DNA of 54,261 nt from a virus. Taxonomy: Duplodnaviria > Caudoviricetes. Below are positions 54,123-54,261 of this stretch, in pieces (the stretch's first letter is position 1; each line of letters begins with the position of its first letter). The DNA lies in IMG/VR virus record IMGVR_UViG_3300048822_000004, positions 1 to 54,261 of that record, one strand, 5' to 3'. The translations under genes were made by a program, and so were the position numbers. Under the pieces are notes generated by a model. That model did not search any database, was not told the origin of the DNA, and saw only the letters and a list, made by a program, of their open reading frames with translations.

Positions 54123-54261
54123 ATGACTGTTGGGGCAATCGTATGGTGTACTATTACTGTGACCATAAACATACTTGGTATCAATGACAATGGTTACTCC
54201 ACAGTCGCTGAAGGAGCCGTTTTAAATGTTAGGGGCGAAGACCTTGTAGTGGATTTCTCTG
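54123..54261 (+). CDS. Hypothetical protein, truncated by the window end
   Basis: RBS GGAGGTG; frame open to the end. Confidence 0.6.
   Translation, partial: MTVGAIVWCTITVTINILGINDNGYSTVAEGAVLNVRGEDLVVDFS

Noticed and set aside
1-54261. Circularly complete genome
   Set aside because: The gene cut at nt 1 does not join in frame with the ORF cut at the right end, so sequence is missing.

Overview
Near-complete genome of a tailed dsDNA phage with podovirus-like organisation: portal, scaffold, capsid, adaptor, hub and internal/ejection proteins, and no tape-measure or sheath gene. Both ends of the window cut genes. Layout: recombination/replication module (1-9.3 kb), small genes plus terminase (9.3-13.5 kb), head genes (13.5-20.7 kb), an accessory island (20.8-27.3 kb), tail/ejection/fibre genes (27.4-48.6 kb), then lysis, exported proteases and a split helicase (48.6-54 kb). 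No integrase, tRNA or CRISPR was recognised. Most notable signals: (1) seven small proteins, mostly unrelated, share a C-terminal peptide tag, L/I-E-K/R/N-I-I/V-Y/F/W-D/N/E-I, conserved at protein level. (2) The accessory island is preceded by sigma28 (FliA)-type promoters, two of them interleaved with sigma70 promoters, which hints at a flagellated, possibly predatory (Bdellovibrio-like) host. (3) A 15-bp motif, GGACTGTATCGCAAT, heads each structural block that follows an intergenic break. (4) A multi-stem ~143-nt element lies between ssb and the primase-helicase. (5) An AxGG motif recurs in putative internal virion proteins. (6) Several duplication and recombination scars are visible. All calls come from motif reading only; no database search was run.
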